In this document: positions 43,432 through 56,699 of the stretch, in pieces
How the letters are laid out: every line of letters begins with the position of its first letter
How positions within the stretch are numbered: the stretch's first letter is position 1
Assembly: GCF_009834535.1 (NCBI RefSeq)
Contig: NC_045696.1
Location: 53,694,001-53,758,000, forward strand
Source of the DNA: Camelus ferus
Lineage: Eukaryota
Length of the DNA: 64,000 nt
Direction of reading: 5' to 3'
Position numbers and translations under genes: made by a program
Notes under the pieces: model-generated
What the model saw: only the letters and a program-made list of their open reading frames with translations
What the model was told of the DNA's origin: nothing
Databases searched by the model: none

Positions 43432-44708
43432 CTAGAAGAAATATAGATCAATTCCTGGTCATAAAATAGTGGTGAGTCACGTGCACATACACGACCCTTC
43501 ATTAGTTACATCTGCTAAATTGCTTTCAATGCACAGTTTCTGGCACAAGATGGAAGGAAAAGGAAAAAAAGGCAGCCAACAGGAAACAGAAAGCCATCCA
43601 CTTTGATGACATTTTCCTTAAAATAAAAAAGAGTTACAATAGGCAAACTTGAAAAAAAAATTACACAAGCACAAAAAGCAATTTTCTTGGCTACTTATTT
43701 TCAGCCTTGCCCTGTTATTTTAGTACTGAGTTTAGAAAACAGTTTGTTTCTTTACTCCCTACTTTTGTTTTGAGTGGGATACTGAAGTCAGGGTGTTATG
43801 ATGTAGAGGAGAAGGGACACTACTGTTATAAAAAACAGCACATGGCCCTAAAAATCTAACCAGTGATTATCAGGTAAAAACAAAGAGAGCGACATCCTAT
43901 CATGAAGACAATCTAGTCCTGGGGCCTCACTTTCTAGGTGATGGACTTGAGGTCCAGAAAAATTAAGTCATTGCTAATTAGTGTGCAAGCTAGATAAATG
44001 CTGTGCACTGCCCAGATATTGCAAGCCATTCAAAATCAGTCTAAACCATTATTTAAAGCCATCGATCAAAAAAAGGGTCCATGGACACAAAAATATACTA
44101 TTCAGCCCAGTACAGCTTCTGGCAAAAGTATAAAAGTTGGTTTCTTACAAATCATGGTGGTAGTCCTAACAGCCACTAACCTCTGAACCCAATGTTCTCT
44201 TCTGAAGCCACTACAGATAAATCATATTTTGAACCTAAATACAATTTTGACTTTTCTACCTTTTGAGGCAGTCAAATGTTTATGGCTAGTTAGTGTCCTA
44301 GGAACTAGATGCTAGGTGAACAAAGAAAAGTAATCAATCCTTGATCCTTAATCTCAAAGAATCCATGCGGTGATCTGAAGACAGACTGTTATAATACAGT
44401 GAATTATGGGAGATGAAGAGACAGCAGTGACCTAGCCCGAAGAGAGGGGGCAGATTAGGAAAGCCACAGACAGCTTTTCCTTTGTCTTAAATTCATTATA
44501 AGCTTTAAGGAGCTAGTTCTAGCATTGGCTAGTTTGAACCTAATGTTCTCCCTAGGTAAAACCCTCATTACTTAATAAACCAAAGTTATTAATTCCTATA
44601 CAACTTTTATAGTCTTTCAAATCCATCCTCACATATTTGAGAATGCCAATTCTAGAGAGACAAAGCTTCCCTCTCAGAATACTTGCCTGTTCTCTGACTG
44701 GGTCTTAC

Positions 44709-44756
44709 TGAGGTAAGTGTAAGTTAAATATTTCCTTGTAAGAGAGAGTTGCATAC
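44709..44756 (-). pseudogene. Fossil exon, ZU5 C-terminal strand (48 nt)
   Basis: ttttttttctcatctttattataaag|G...CTCA|gtaaga; phase 2 to 2; open frame YATLSYKEIFNLHLP. It bridges the flanking exons to give LHLPQHFSW. Confidence 0.6.
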
Positions 44757-47738
44757 CTTTATAATAAAGATGAGAAAAAAAATCTTTCTTTTACCTGGTT
44801 TCAAAAAAGCCTTTAATTGCACCCTTTTAGTAAGTCGGAGGATTTTTCTAAACATATACAATGAGGCTAAGACAGATGCATGACATATAATTATGTGGAA
44901 ATCTGACCATATTTTAACCATCTTTTGAGTACCTGTTTGTTTTCCTTCACTGCATCCTCATAGTAAACCTTACAGTCAGGATGGGGACATAAGACACACT
45001 CAAAGCGTAGGCTTGGTATTTCAGATGTACTCTATCGAAGAAGGATGGAGAATAAGGTGACAAACCTCATAGATGATCCATTCAAATATTTAACTATTGA
45101 ATGCACTATGACTGACATTTCCTCTAGTGCTGAAGACTTTTAGTCCCAAATTCCAGTGCCTTTTACCAAAAAGAATCAATTCACAAGACATTCAATGAGT
45201 TCTCAGGATACCTGCACCTCTATCACAAAGCCCCATCAGCAGAAAGGTCACCTACTACAGGCATCATGTAAAAACCTGCTTTCATTATGCATTAAGTTTG
45301 AATATGTGAAATCGTCTCTTTTAAAGACATAAAAGAAACTCCCTGTTGATTGAGATTTCATCTAGAATGGCTTAAATTTTGCAGAGTATTATTCTTAGGG
45401 ATATTCATTGGCTTTTCTTGGGAAAAAAAATGACTGGTAAATAACGCATGGGCTTCAAGATATGTGTGGATAACTACTTTTACTGAAAGACTAATATGTA
45501 ACAGGTTTTGAGCAAAGCATTCAACTTTATGTGCTTTTTCTCATTTAATCCTCTCTATGATATTATAGGGTAAAACTTTATTACCTTCACTTTATGGGTG
45601 AGGAAACCAGGATTAAAGAAGGGTGAGCCACTTGTCCCAGATCTGATATTCAATGCATCTTTGGAGGTGGAGGGATGATTTAAAACAAGCCATCTGACTC
45701 CAAAGACAGTGTTTGTAATTGCCTCTTGCAGTCATGAAAATAAAAAGGAAAACCTTCTTTTTGGTAAAATTTGTCATGAATGACTTATCTTGAATGATCA
45801 GAGGAAGCCCAGAGATGATTTTAACCAATGCTCTCATTTTACAGATGAGAAACTGCCTTTAAACTTCTCTTTTTATTTTTATTGACATAACATAAATTAT
45901 AAGAACCTATATGTCTGGGAAGTTTCAAGTTTATTTCAATAAATACTGCTCAAATGCTCTTGCTTTAAAAAATCAAATATGTAAAAAATGTATCTTCCTA
46001 AGAAAACAGCTACTTATACTGCTCTGTGGCCTCTTCCAAGCTTTATGTTTAACAAACAATGCACACAATGGAGATGATCGTATCATCACACTGTGTATTA
46101 CTTTTCTCACAGTACATTGTTTTCCATGTATCCGAATAGTCTACACATTCATCATTTTAATGGCTATGTAATATTCTATCAAGCTGATGTACCATAAAAC
46201 TAATTCACTGTTTTTATAAAACATCTGACTTTATTTACTAAAAGCAAACTAAGTTTGTGTGAGCGTGTATTAGAAATTGCTAGACGTATATTCAATGAAA
46301 AAAATCATTGCAGAAATAGGCAGATTGTTATCTATGTTCCACATACCTAATTTGGGAGAAATGCTTTAATGAAATGCATAGAGCTCTATTTATTCTGATT
46401 TGAGATTCTGAGGTCTGGAATAGCAATTCTGTATCTGTCATTTGTAATACAGATTATTGTTATTATGATTATATATGAAGCTTGGTGAATGCACCCCGCA
46501 CTGTATGAATATATCATACAGATAAAGTAGGTCTCTGCCCCAAATGCTTATGAAAAAATGAGAAAAAAAATGGGTAAAGTACAGACAATTGTGAACATTG
46601 AACAGAGATGCATTTTACTAGATGAAGACTTCACAGAAAATGTAAGATTTGAGAATGATTTTAAATGGGAAAGGAAAGCTCTTAGATAAAAAATAAATTT
46701 ACAGTGATGACATCTCCAGGTTTATTTTTAACCAGCTGATGGACTTGACTGAGTGCTTCTCTCAAGGACATAATTTAACTTCTGCAATTCTCTATTATCT
46801 GAGAGAAGCTTATCTGCCTTTTGTGGGCCAATTAACTCTCAGACGACTAGATTTTCTGTTTACTTATCCCCCACTAGACTTGTTTCTACCTTCCCTGATA
46901 TTAGCATCTGTGATGCTGAAGTCAAATTTTGCTTAATGTATGTATGATGTGCTATTAATCCTTCAGATAATACATTTCATTTTCTACTTGCTGAAATTCA
47001 AAAGGTCAAGGAAATGAGGAGGAGATTTGATGGCATTGCAACCACTGAGATTGAGTGATAAGGAAATATTTCATAAAGAAATCAATGTTTGATCCAAGTA
47101 TTGAAGGAAAATTAGAATATAGTAAAGCCATCAAGAGAGGATAGGGCATCTCACACAGAGAAGCATGAAGGTGTGAAACATCATGGGAATGATACATGGT
47201 GTCTATGATGTCTATAAACATAGATGAATATACATATAAATGTTTACAAATGAATTATTAATATTACATTAAAATACACAACATATTCAAAAAGTCACAT
47301 GGTATTTTCAATGTGATACTCCTTGTTAATGGTGCAGTTAAAACGGCTGTTCAAAAGTGCAGTGAATACAGCGCATTAACGAAGGATTCCCGTCAATCTT
47401 TGCATATGCATCTTGATTCATTGCCTTAGTTGAATTACACCTCTGATTTTTCATTGAATAAATCTTCATATTTAACATATCTCATAAAAAAGCCAGAGTG
47501 TTCAGAAGTAAATATAAATAATAAAAAAAAAAACTCTCCTATCTGTGTTTCCAGATTTTATGGCAATGCTCTAGGACTTGTTAATAGTTCAGTATGGCTA
47601 GTGGGTGGGATGTACATTGAGGAGAGAAGCAGGGAAGGCAGGCAGGCAGGAAGAAAGGAAGGAAGGAAGGGAGGGAGAGAGGGAGGGAAGACAGACATGT
47701 ATTTGTAGAGGGGCCCCTGCCATTTCGGCTATCTTAGC

Positions 47739-48230
47739 TGTATTAGTTTCATTTTGCTGCTGTAACAAATTACCACAAATATAGTGGTTTAAAACAACAT
47801 AAATATATTTTCTTATAAATCTGAAGATTAGAAGTCCAAAGTCAGATTCACTAAGCTAATATCAAAGTATCAGCAATTCTGGTTCCCTCCTAAGGCTCTG
47901 AGGAGAGGCTTTTTCAGTTTTAGAGTCTAACTATATTCTTGAGCTTATGGGCTCATCCTCTATTTCCAAAGTTCATCACTGCAACCTCTGCTTCTGCCAT
48001 CATATCACCTTCTCTTCTGTAGTAGCATCTCCCTCTGCCTCCGGCTTAAAGGACGCTTGTGATGGTATCATTGAGCCCACCTGGATACTCCAGGATACTT
48101 CCCCCACCTTTAGACCTTCAACTTAATCACACCTGTAAAATCCCTTTTGCCACATCAAATAAAACACTCACAAGGTCCAGGGACCAGGAAGTGGACATCT
48201 TGGCAATGGGGAGCATTATTCAGTCTCCCA
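47739..48230 (-). mobile_element. MLT1 solo LTR
   Basis: tgtattagtttcattttgctgctgtaacaaattaccacaaa...gcattattcagtctccca. Confidence 0.8.
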
Positions 48231-49326
48231 TTCCAGCAAAGGCCATTCTAGACCAATCAGCCCCAATGCAATTGCCCAGTGACTTCAGGCACATGAGTGA
48301 AACTAGTTGAGCCCAGCCAGATTAGCTCAGTTTAGCCCAAGCTAAATTACCCACTGGCAGGATATTGAGCTAAAAAAATTGTTTTCAAGCTACTATGTTT
48401 TGAAGTGGTTTGCTATGTTAAACAGGTAAAAAATTCAATTTGCAAAATACCTGAGGAAACTGTGGGGTTATCCAGGTGGACAAATAGGCAAGTAAAATTA
48501 TGGATTTTGACTTGAGCTAGAAATTGAAGGTCAACTAACTGAATTTTAAACTAATAAGAAAAATGCACAAACTTGATTCCTACACTATGAGTTCATATTA
48601 GTAGCACCATGCTTACGATCTAATGGGAAGAACCTGGGGCTTTGAGATTCTCCTATTCCTAAATTCTGAATTATAATTTCTCTCTTTTGAAAGGGTGAGT
48701 ACCAGGCTCTTAGAAGAATGTGTTCCTTCACAATAGAGATTATGGTTTCAGCTTCTGTCTTTCAACTCAGAGACCTATCTTGAGAAGCTGCTGTGATGAC
48801 ACAATAAGATACAGTATATAAAAATTTATAATAAAGCCAGACACCCAGTAAAATGCCAGTGGGTGTTATCCGTTATTATTATCATCTCTTCACAGGGCTT
48901 GCACACAAATGAGGGCTCACCATCACCCAGGAAACCATGGACTACTTCTACTGAGTAAGCCTGAGGAATGCCTGGACTTTCTAAAACCAAGTCTTCTCAT
49001 TTAGTCTTTGCTTTGAGAGCTTCCTTTGTGTCATGGTAATTCTACAAAGAATATATAGTTCAAAAAGAAGTGAACTAGGTTTCTAGTCTTAGATCTGCTG
49101 CAAACTAGCTTTGTCATTTTAAATAGGTCAACCTCTCTGGGCCTCACTTTCCTTGGGTTCTAATATTTATTCGGTCAGCTTCACAGTGCAACTGTAAGGA
49201 CCAACTGGGTCAATCAATCAATCAAATAGATGAACTGAGCACTAATGATGGCCTTGGCAATGTGATGGCTATTCTGAAAACTCAGAAGTAAGTTACTGCC
49301 AGATGCAGCTTTATAAGCTGCACCCT

Positions 49327-49697
49327 TTGTCTTAGTCAGCTAGAGCTGCTCTAACAGAGTACCATAAACTGGGTGGCTTATAAGCACCACAAATTTATTT
49401 CTCACAATGCTGGATGCTGTGAAGTCCAAGATCAAGGTGCTGGCAGATTCAGTGTCTGGTGAGGGCTCACTTCCCGGCTTACAGACATCCTCATTTTTGC
49501 TGCGTCCTCATGCGGCAGAAGGAGCGAGGGATGTCCTTCAGGTCTCTTCTATAAGGGGACTAATCCCATTTATGAAGGGCTAAGCCCTCATGACTTAATC
49601 ACCTTCCAAAGGTCCCACCTCCAAACACCATCACATAGGAGATTTAGGTTTAAACACATGAATTTTGGAGAGACACAAACATTCAATCTAGTAGCAG
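49327..49697 (-). mobile_element. MLT1A-like solo LTR
   Basis: tgtcttagtcagctagagctgctctaacagagtaccataaactgggtggctta...gacacaaacattcaatctagtagca. Confidence 0.85.
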
Positions 49698-50333
49698 CCC
49701 TGCTCATGCACCTACAATGGATGTTCCCAGGTTAGTAATAATGCCCTAGAAAAAATTAAAAACTACCTTCCAGGTTCTGCACACATAGCCTAAGCTGGCC
49801 TGCCATAAACACAGACATTATCTTAAGGTTTGCATTTAATATTGAAAAATCATAACAAAAACATGATCGAGAACACACATTTACAAATTGTCCTTCTTCA
49901 AATTTACTAGAATTAGAGTTAAGGGGGTTAAAAAAATCCTCTCAACCCTCAAAGACAAAAAGAATAGTAGAAATAACTATAGTTAAGACATATCAAGAAA
50001 ATTTTGAAAGCTGAAAGCGGATGGACAGTTCTTTACTGCAGATGAAAGAAGAGTAACAATCTTTATGATGGAAGCCAAGAAACAAGTTGTTTCTGGTCAC
50101 AGAATCCAGGAAAGTTCCTGGAATTATAGGTAGCAGATATCTTTAAAAATTCAGTGGGAGCAGAGATGTAAAGATTGGTTGAAAGCCTGTATGTAGTTAG
50201 ATCTCTCAATCCACTCCTGTAAAGCATGACAAATACACTCCCCTCCCAATCTTCCATACACACACAGACATATACGAGAGAAGACAAGGCACTTAATCTC
50301 TGGAGTGTTTGAGTAAGAGGGCTTCTTTAAGAA

Positions 50334-50535
50334 CAGTAGTTCTCAATCAGGTTCAATTTGTCTCCCAGAGAAAGTTTTTGTCCCAAATCGGGTGGGGGCG
50401 CGGGGAGTGGTGTTACTGGCATCTAATGGGTAGAGGTCAGGGATGTTGCTAATGTCCTTACAATTATAGGATGGTCCAAACAACAAAAAATTATTCAGTC
50501 CTAAGCACCAATAGTGCAGAGGTTGAGAAACACTG
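50334..50535 (+). mobile_element. MER20 hAT MITE
   Basis: cagtagttctcaa...ggcatctaatgggtagaggtcagggatgttgctaa...gttgagaaacactg, with terminal inverted repeats. Confidence 0.85.
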
Positions 50536-52714
50536 CTCTAGAATATCAGAAAAAGTTGAGAGTGGGATGAAATACTAAAATCAAAAGAATTAACTGAGTA
50601 TCTATGCACTAAATGGTGAGATCTATGTCTTGAGTTATGAGACTCCACCATCCTCCCTTTACTCACCTAGCTCAGCTGAGATACCTGACAATTTGCTTTA
50701 CAAACTCCAGGCAGGCCATTAGAGGCTTCCTTTCTAGGGAAAACACTGTCTAGAAGAAGAGACCTGTGGATTCTAACAGCAGGAGCCTCCCTCCAGCTGA
50801 ATACCCTAGTCTTCAATTGAAGTTGAGACCTTGTGCTTCATTATAAATGGACAGCATTCAGGAAGAGTTATGACCTGAAAGATATAGACCAAAACAGAAA
50901 AAGGAAGGAAGGAGGGAAGGAAGGAAGGAAGGAAGAAAGAAAGAGAAAGAAAGGGGGGAGGGAAGAAAAAAAGAAATCAAGCCAAAGTAAGAAGAAGAAA
51001 AAGGAAAAAACAAACAAACAAACAAACCTTGAAGGAAACAGAAACAAGGCAGGAAGTAGAAGGAAAAAAATGCTTAATATCATCGCAGGTATAAGCGAAG
51101 CTATTAAGACTATGAAACAGGCAAAAGATGTGGTAAGAAAGGCATATTCAGAGAACAAAAAAGGAACTCTAAACATATACAGATAACATGGAGGAAAGTG
51201 CCCAGAAAGATTGAAGACACTGAGATATTATTCACCAGGGCTTGCCCTTATGGACTGACAGCTGCTGGTGTTTCTTATTTTCCACATAAATATGATTTAT
51301 ATTTATTTACACCTCACATTGCTCCACAAAGAATAGCACACAAATAATTCATACAAGTATTTGGTATAAACAATACTTATAAAATGGAGATGGGTAACTA
51401 ATAAGCAGAAAGAAAACCAGTATGAAGGAAAATAAAGACATTTTGATCATAAGTCAACAGAGAGGTTATAGTTTAACTTCAAATTTACTTCAGTAAATTT
51501 AAAAATGAAAGGGCAGTGATATAAATCAGCCTTGTTTGTGAAAACACAGTGACAGAGAGTTTTTCTTCTATCTCTTCTTATTATATTTACTTGGAAATAT
51601 ATCAGAAATCCCAGTTTCCATAGCTTTTTTATTTGCATAGGGCTGAATAACATAAACTTCTCTGGGGTATTTAAAGTCTGCTTCACTTTACACTGATTCT
51701 ACTCTCGTGCAACTTTCCAGGTCAGGTGTGACTTACCCTGTAAGTTACCCCTGTACCAAGATGTATCTTTCAACTCAGTGTTGGGCATAGTTCTTACAAA
51801 GGTCTCGTACAGGGGTTGTCTGATGCTTTTATTAGAGGAGGGTCATCTACTGCTAACCTTAGGCATTCTCAAGGAGCCAGGAAGTTTGAAGACTGTACTG
51901 TTGAGGACTGACTTTACTAATAATGAACCTGAGTTCTGTACTTCAGTAATACTTTTCATCTAAGAGTCCTGAAATACTTTGTGACTTAAATGAATTAAGC
52001 CCTGTAAGATCCTTTGAGCTAGAGAAGACTTGTTTGTGACATAGAAAATCTAAGGAAGAAAGATATAGAGTTAGTTTTAAGTTTAAAAAGTAAAATCAAA
52101 CATCGCCTTTCCTCTCTCATTTTCTGTTATGTCCCACCTCTTTCTACACCCTCCTCTCTTTTCCCTTGCCCTTCTGTCTTCTGTGGTCTTTTTCTTTTCC
52201 TGCCTTACCAGCATTCTCATGTTCTCAGACCTCCACCTGAACATGATGGAGGTCTTTCTGTGTGAATTGGAACAAATCACTGAATCAACGTGGAGTTGGA
52301 ATTAGGAGAGGGGATCCCTTTCCACATGACTTTGTTTATTCCATTTGGGAAGGTGACTATGTAATCCTTTCCTTCTGCTAAACTCCTTCCTCTGCCTGCA
52401 GTCCCATTTGCTAGGGGAGAAGGCAGTGAACACTGTGAGTTCTGGCTTCTCCTTTCTCCCCACTGTCTCCTACTTGGACATGGTGCTCAGGTCAAGTGGC
52501 CCTCCCATTCTCAGTGATGGGAGAATGAGGTTGTCTCAGGGTAACCAGACTCAATCTCAGATCCTTCTAGGCAGCCTGTTCTGGTACTTAAGCCTTGGGA
52601 TTTGGCACAGCACTCAATGACTGACTAGTAATAACTTGGAATCAGAGTACTATTGGTTTGGGAAAAACGATCTCCACCACTTTAGTCTGAGCAGAAAGAA
52701 TTCTCTCTCTAGTT

Positions 52715-53339
52715 CAGGGCTAGGCCAACTATAGTGCACCAAGTCTGGCTGAGGCCTTGTGATGGGTGATTTTACGCATCAGCTTGGAGGTTGTTTGGGG
52801 GTGAGATTTGTATTTCAGTTGGTGGACTTTGAGTAAAGCAGGTTGCTCTCCACAGTGTGGGTGGGCCTCATATACCGTTCCTAACAGAACAAAAGGCAAG
52901 AGACAAATTCTGCAGCATACAGCCTTCAGGCTTGAGCTGCACATCGGCCCTTTTCCTGGGGTCTCCAGCCAGACAGCTCAAGGACTTGAACTGCAGCATT
53001 GAACTCTCCCTGGGTCTCCAGCCTGCTGGTCTACCCTGAAGATTTTGGACTTGCCAGCCTCCATCATTGTATAAGCCAATTCCTTAAAATAAATCTCTTT
53101 CTATATATGTACACTTCCTGGTGCTTCTGTTTCTCTGGAGAACTGTGGACAATAAAGGCCTGTTTGTGTAAGTAGAATGTTACTGGAAGACAGCCATGTC
53201 CATTCGTCCCTGTATGGTCTACAGAGCTGCTTTCTCACAACAGTGGCAGATGTTAGGAACCACAACAGACATTGAAGGACCCACGAAACTGAAAATATAT
53301 ACTACCTGGTCCTTGACAGAAAACGTTTGCCAACTCTTG
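52715..53339 (+). mobile_element. MER58-like hAT MITE interrupted by an MLT2 LTR
   Basis: cagggctaggccaactat...ttactggaagacagccatgtccattc...gaaaacgtttgccaactcttg. Confidence 0.75.
52758..53156 (+). mobile_element. MLT2 (ERVL) solo LTR
   Basis: tgtgatgggtgatttta...ccaattccttaaaataaatctc...tctgtttctctggagaac; 5-bp TSD ggcct at 52753-52757 and 53157-53161. Confidence 0.85.
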
Positions 53340-53619
53340 CTAGAGCTGATTCCCTAGCTGAGTGTCTCTTCCGACTAAGAAAACACTGGATGATCAGAAG
53401 CTCCCTGCCCCCAGCTTGGGCTGCTAGCTTTCCCTTATTCATTGTGCCTTGTCTATTTGAGCATTTAGGATATAAGCGTGTCCATCTCTGTGTCTCACCC
53501 ATGAGGGTGACCTCCTTGAGGTCAAGGGCTGTTTTACTGTCCGATCTATTTTTGTTTGGAATTTTGTTCATGTTCAGAATCTAGTAAATATCTTTTGAGG
53601 AAATAAATGACTAAAGTAA

Positions 53620-53890
53620 TAGCAACTGACATTTGCTAATTGAGCCCCTGTGATGTGCCTATCTCTATGTTACATACATTATACATATATTATAAGCTAT
53701 TTACATACATTATCTCATTGAAGTCAGGCAACAGCTCCATAATTATCCCCATTTTGCACATGTAGAAACTGAGATGGAGGGAGGGTGTGACTTGCCCATG
53801 GTTATACAGCCAGGAAAGTGCAGAGCTGGGATTTGAGTCCAGACAATCTGATTCCCAAGCCCAGACTCTGATCTACGAAACTCTTCCTCC
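53620..53890 (-). mobile_element. MIR SINE
   Basis: attatccccattttgcacatgtagaaactgag...gacttgcccatggttatacagc...gggatttgagtccagac. Confidence 0.8.
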
Positions 53891-54114
53891 CCAGAATGAA
53901 TAAAGCTGCAGTTCTGGGTCCACCTTAGATTTTTTATTTCTGTGAGATCTAAAAGCTATTATTTTAACAAAATCCATATAATATATTTTAAAGTTCAGGG
54001 TGCCTGATTAGTCCCATTAATGTGTATCTTTGAAAGCAGCCTGTCTATTAGCTTTTCTCTTTATAAAAAGCTATAGTAAAGACATTTTTAAAAGGAAACT
54101 GAAAACAGACCCAC

Positions 54115-54304
54115 TTTGATGCCCGTTGCTAGGATCCCCGTTTTATTATGCAACGCAGCGCCTGTGCCCTGTGCTCTGAGGACCGCCGGTGTCTCTCAGG
54201 CATAGCTGATGATCACAGGTACCTCATGAATGGAAAAGACTCGACAACAATACAAATGATCACAAGCCTCATTTCTTCCCTTTCTGCTTTGTGACACCGT
54301 GGTG
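54115..54304 (-). pseudogene. Fossil exon, ZU5 central part
   Basis: Strong acceptor ttttttgtgtgctttgtttgcag|CAC; donor AAA|gtgggt. Reads TPRCHKAEREEMRLVIICIVVESFPF...MPERHRRSSEHRAQALRCIIKRGS*QRAS, with EVPVII in a shifted frame (ZU5 PVIL motif). The TAG sits where the conserved ZU5 Trp is expected. Confidence 0.6.
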
Positions 54305-55694
54305 CTGCAAACAAAGCACACAAAAAACTATTTACTTTTTGGTTCAGGTAGTTCCCAGTTATATTCATTTGATTTCAGCACATCAGAAAAATCTTCTGAT
54401 CACTGGAGTCATCAGACATGGAAAAAGGCATTTACAGCACCACATGAGCCAGCTGATGGTCCTGAAATTTCTAGGGGATGCTCTTACAGTAATAAGGAAT
54501 TACCAGATGACATAAAAACACTTCTACCAATACATGGAAGGACTATAAAATAGGGAATTTTCTTTATATGACCCTTAGTCTGCCACTGTTACTGTCGTGG
54601 GAGGAACAGGCATTGGGTAGACTATTGGGGGAATGCATACAACCTTCTTGGAGACTATGTAATACTGTCCCTAATCCTAGTTCCCACCTATTTTTAGGGT
54701 TGGCTCTTAAGATGCCAGAAGCAGCAACAGGATGATTTACAAGACCTACAGCAGAAATAACAGTAGTAATCATATTCTGCTGAGTGTTTCAGGGAGTCCC
54801 TGTGATAGTCTCTTTATATATATTTCCTACAACCTAAGAAGAAGGGAACCTCTTATTCAAGAAAATTCTATCATCCATGATACAACTGGGCAGTTGAGAG
54901 TCAGTGACTGAATGAGTCTTCTGAGACCACACAGCTAATAAATGGAGGAAATGGGATATTAATTCAGTTCTGTCCATCTCCTAAGCTTGCACTCATTTCA
55001 CTATTCACAGTACTCCAGAAAGGACACACTTGTCAAGCTCTGTTACCTGGAAACAACACACACTGTAGGACTAACACATGAATACGCTTTATGCCTCATG
55101 GTGATCTCTTCTCAATGCTTAAAGATTTGGAAGGGATTTAAAAAAATCTGTCTAATCCTCTATACACCCCAAATAAAGTAAAAAGTTACTGCATGATCAG
55201 AGAGTAAGGACAGTATCTTCTAACTTTTTCTTCTGGTGATAGCTTATAGCTCAGATAAGGAGAAATTGTTTTCTGCCTGGGCAGTCTAAAGAAAGGACCA
55301 AAGGTATCCAATTTAGAGGCATAATTTGAACAGCTACAGGGGAAAAAGAAAAAAGAAAACTATGGAATTGCAGTCAGAAAAGTTCATAGTTCTAGTTTCT
55401 TTACTTACTATATACCTCTGGAAACTTTTTGAGCATCTATATTTCATATTATAAGATGAAAATGAAAATAATAATATTGGCTCACAAGATGGTTAACAAG
55501 TGAGATGTGATAGTATAATTTGGTAACAATAAAGTGTAATATAAATGTTAGCTATTGCTACTTTAGTTTCATGACCATTTTTATTGTATGAATACAACAT
55601 TTGTCTTATGGCTAGGCATGGAAGTGTCAGGGAGACCACAGAAAGTGGGAGTTGACAAAGAAAACACTGCTGTAGAAGAATTTAAAATTCTAAC

Positions 55695-55835
55695 TTGTTT
55701 CATTAACAACTTAAATAATACAACTAATTTGTTTTTCCACAAAACAGATTGACTTGGCAAATTTAACATTTCACCAGGAAAGTATCACTAACTTCCTGGG
55801 TCCGTTGCCATGAACACTCAGCATCACTATGGTCT
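55695..55835 (-). pseudogene. Fossil exon, ZU5 N-terminal half (an alternative acceptor gives start 55866)
   Basis: tttttacaag|AG...ACAA|gttaga. Reads TIVMLSVHGNGPRKLVILSW*NVKFAKSICFVEKQISCII*VVNET, resembling the ankyrin ZU5 pattern LVSFMVDARGG...TCAAPTRITCRL. Ends phase 1. Confidence 0.5.
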
Positions 55836-56699
55836 CTTGTAAAAAGTACATTATTTATGAAATGCTCTTTAAGCAGAGAAGAGTATCATTAGCATTTTTA
55901 TACCTGAGTTTCCTTGTCCTTTCAAAAGGGATATATATTCTTTAAAGCATGTTTCAAGAAAATGCCTCCAATGTAAATAGAATTTTAGGTGTACTTCTTT
56001 TCAATACTCCTTCTAGTGTTCTCTTGTGGAAAGCTCTAAAAAGGTAATCCTTTTAAGTTGAAAAAAAGATACTCCCTGAGAAAGCAAAGATTTCTCTAGT
56101 AAAAGCTTTAGTTTAAGACAGGAAACTGTTGCTTTTCTAGGTAAGTTTTAGAGAGAACTAAAGCACACATTCAGTTGGAAATTGAACATAGTTTTTATGT
56201 ATGGTGTCTTTGTCTCAGATAGATTATACTCTTGGGCTGGCTTCGATCTACTAATTGTACGATTCAGAGTATCTCAGAATTTTAGAGTCTATGGCTCAAT
56301 GGATTTAGAAGCCACATTGTTCTTTCTTTCATCCGAAATTTAAATTCCCTCCATGGAACCTGATCAGTGACTGGCCAGTTTGTGCTTGAACTCATCCACA
56401 GACAGGGCATTGGTCCATATATGTGTCCATTCATTCATACTAGAATCATCTTTTGCCATGTACCTAACATTGACATGAGACTGTAGGGAATACAAAATAA
56501 GGAGAGGATATAATCTTTGAACAGGGTCAGTGGCTTCTTCTAGTTCCATGTAAACAATGAAAAACCACTCAGTGAAAAACTTCCTTTAATTTCATGTGAT
56601 TTGAAATTCACACCAATGAGTGATCCTATTATTTCTTTCTAATTCGGCATAAACTTATACTTAACAATTGCCTTCTACCTGCCTAAAACCATGCTTTAA

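Noticed and set aside
50833..51186. Lys/Glu-rich and Phe/Leu-rich ORF pair
   Set aside because: Arise from (GGAA)n and A-rich simple repeats in old L1-like sequence.
54223..54304. Shorter exon using the donor GAG|gtacct, which could splice in frame directly to HFSW
   Set aside because: It omits the PVII/MP/GS*Q ZU5 segments and has a weak donor. It is not preferred as the ancestral exon, though it could be used in a modern transcript.
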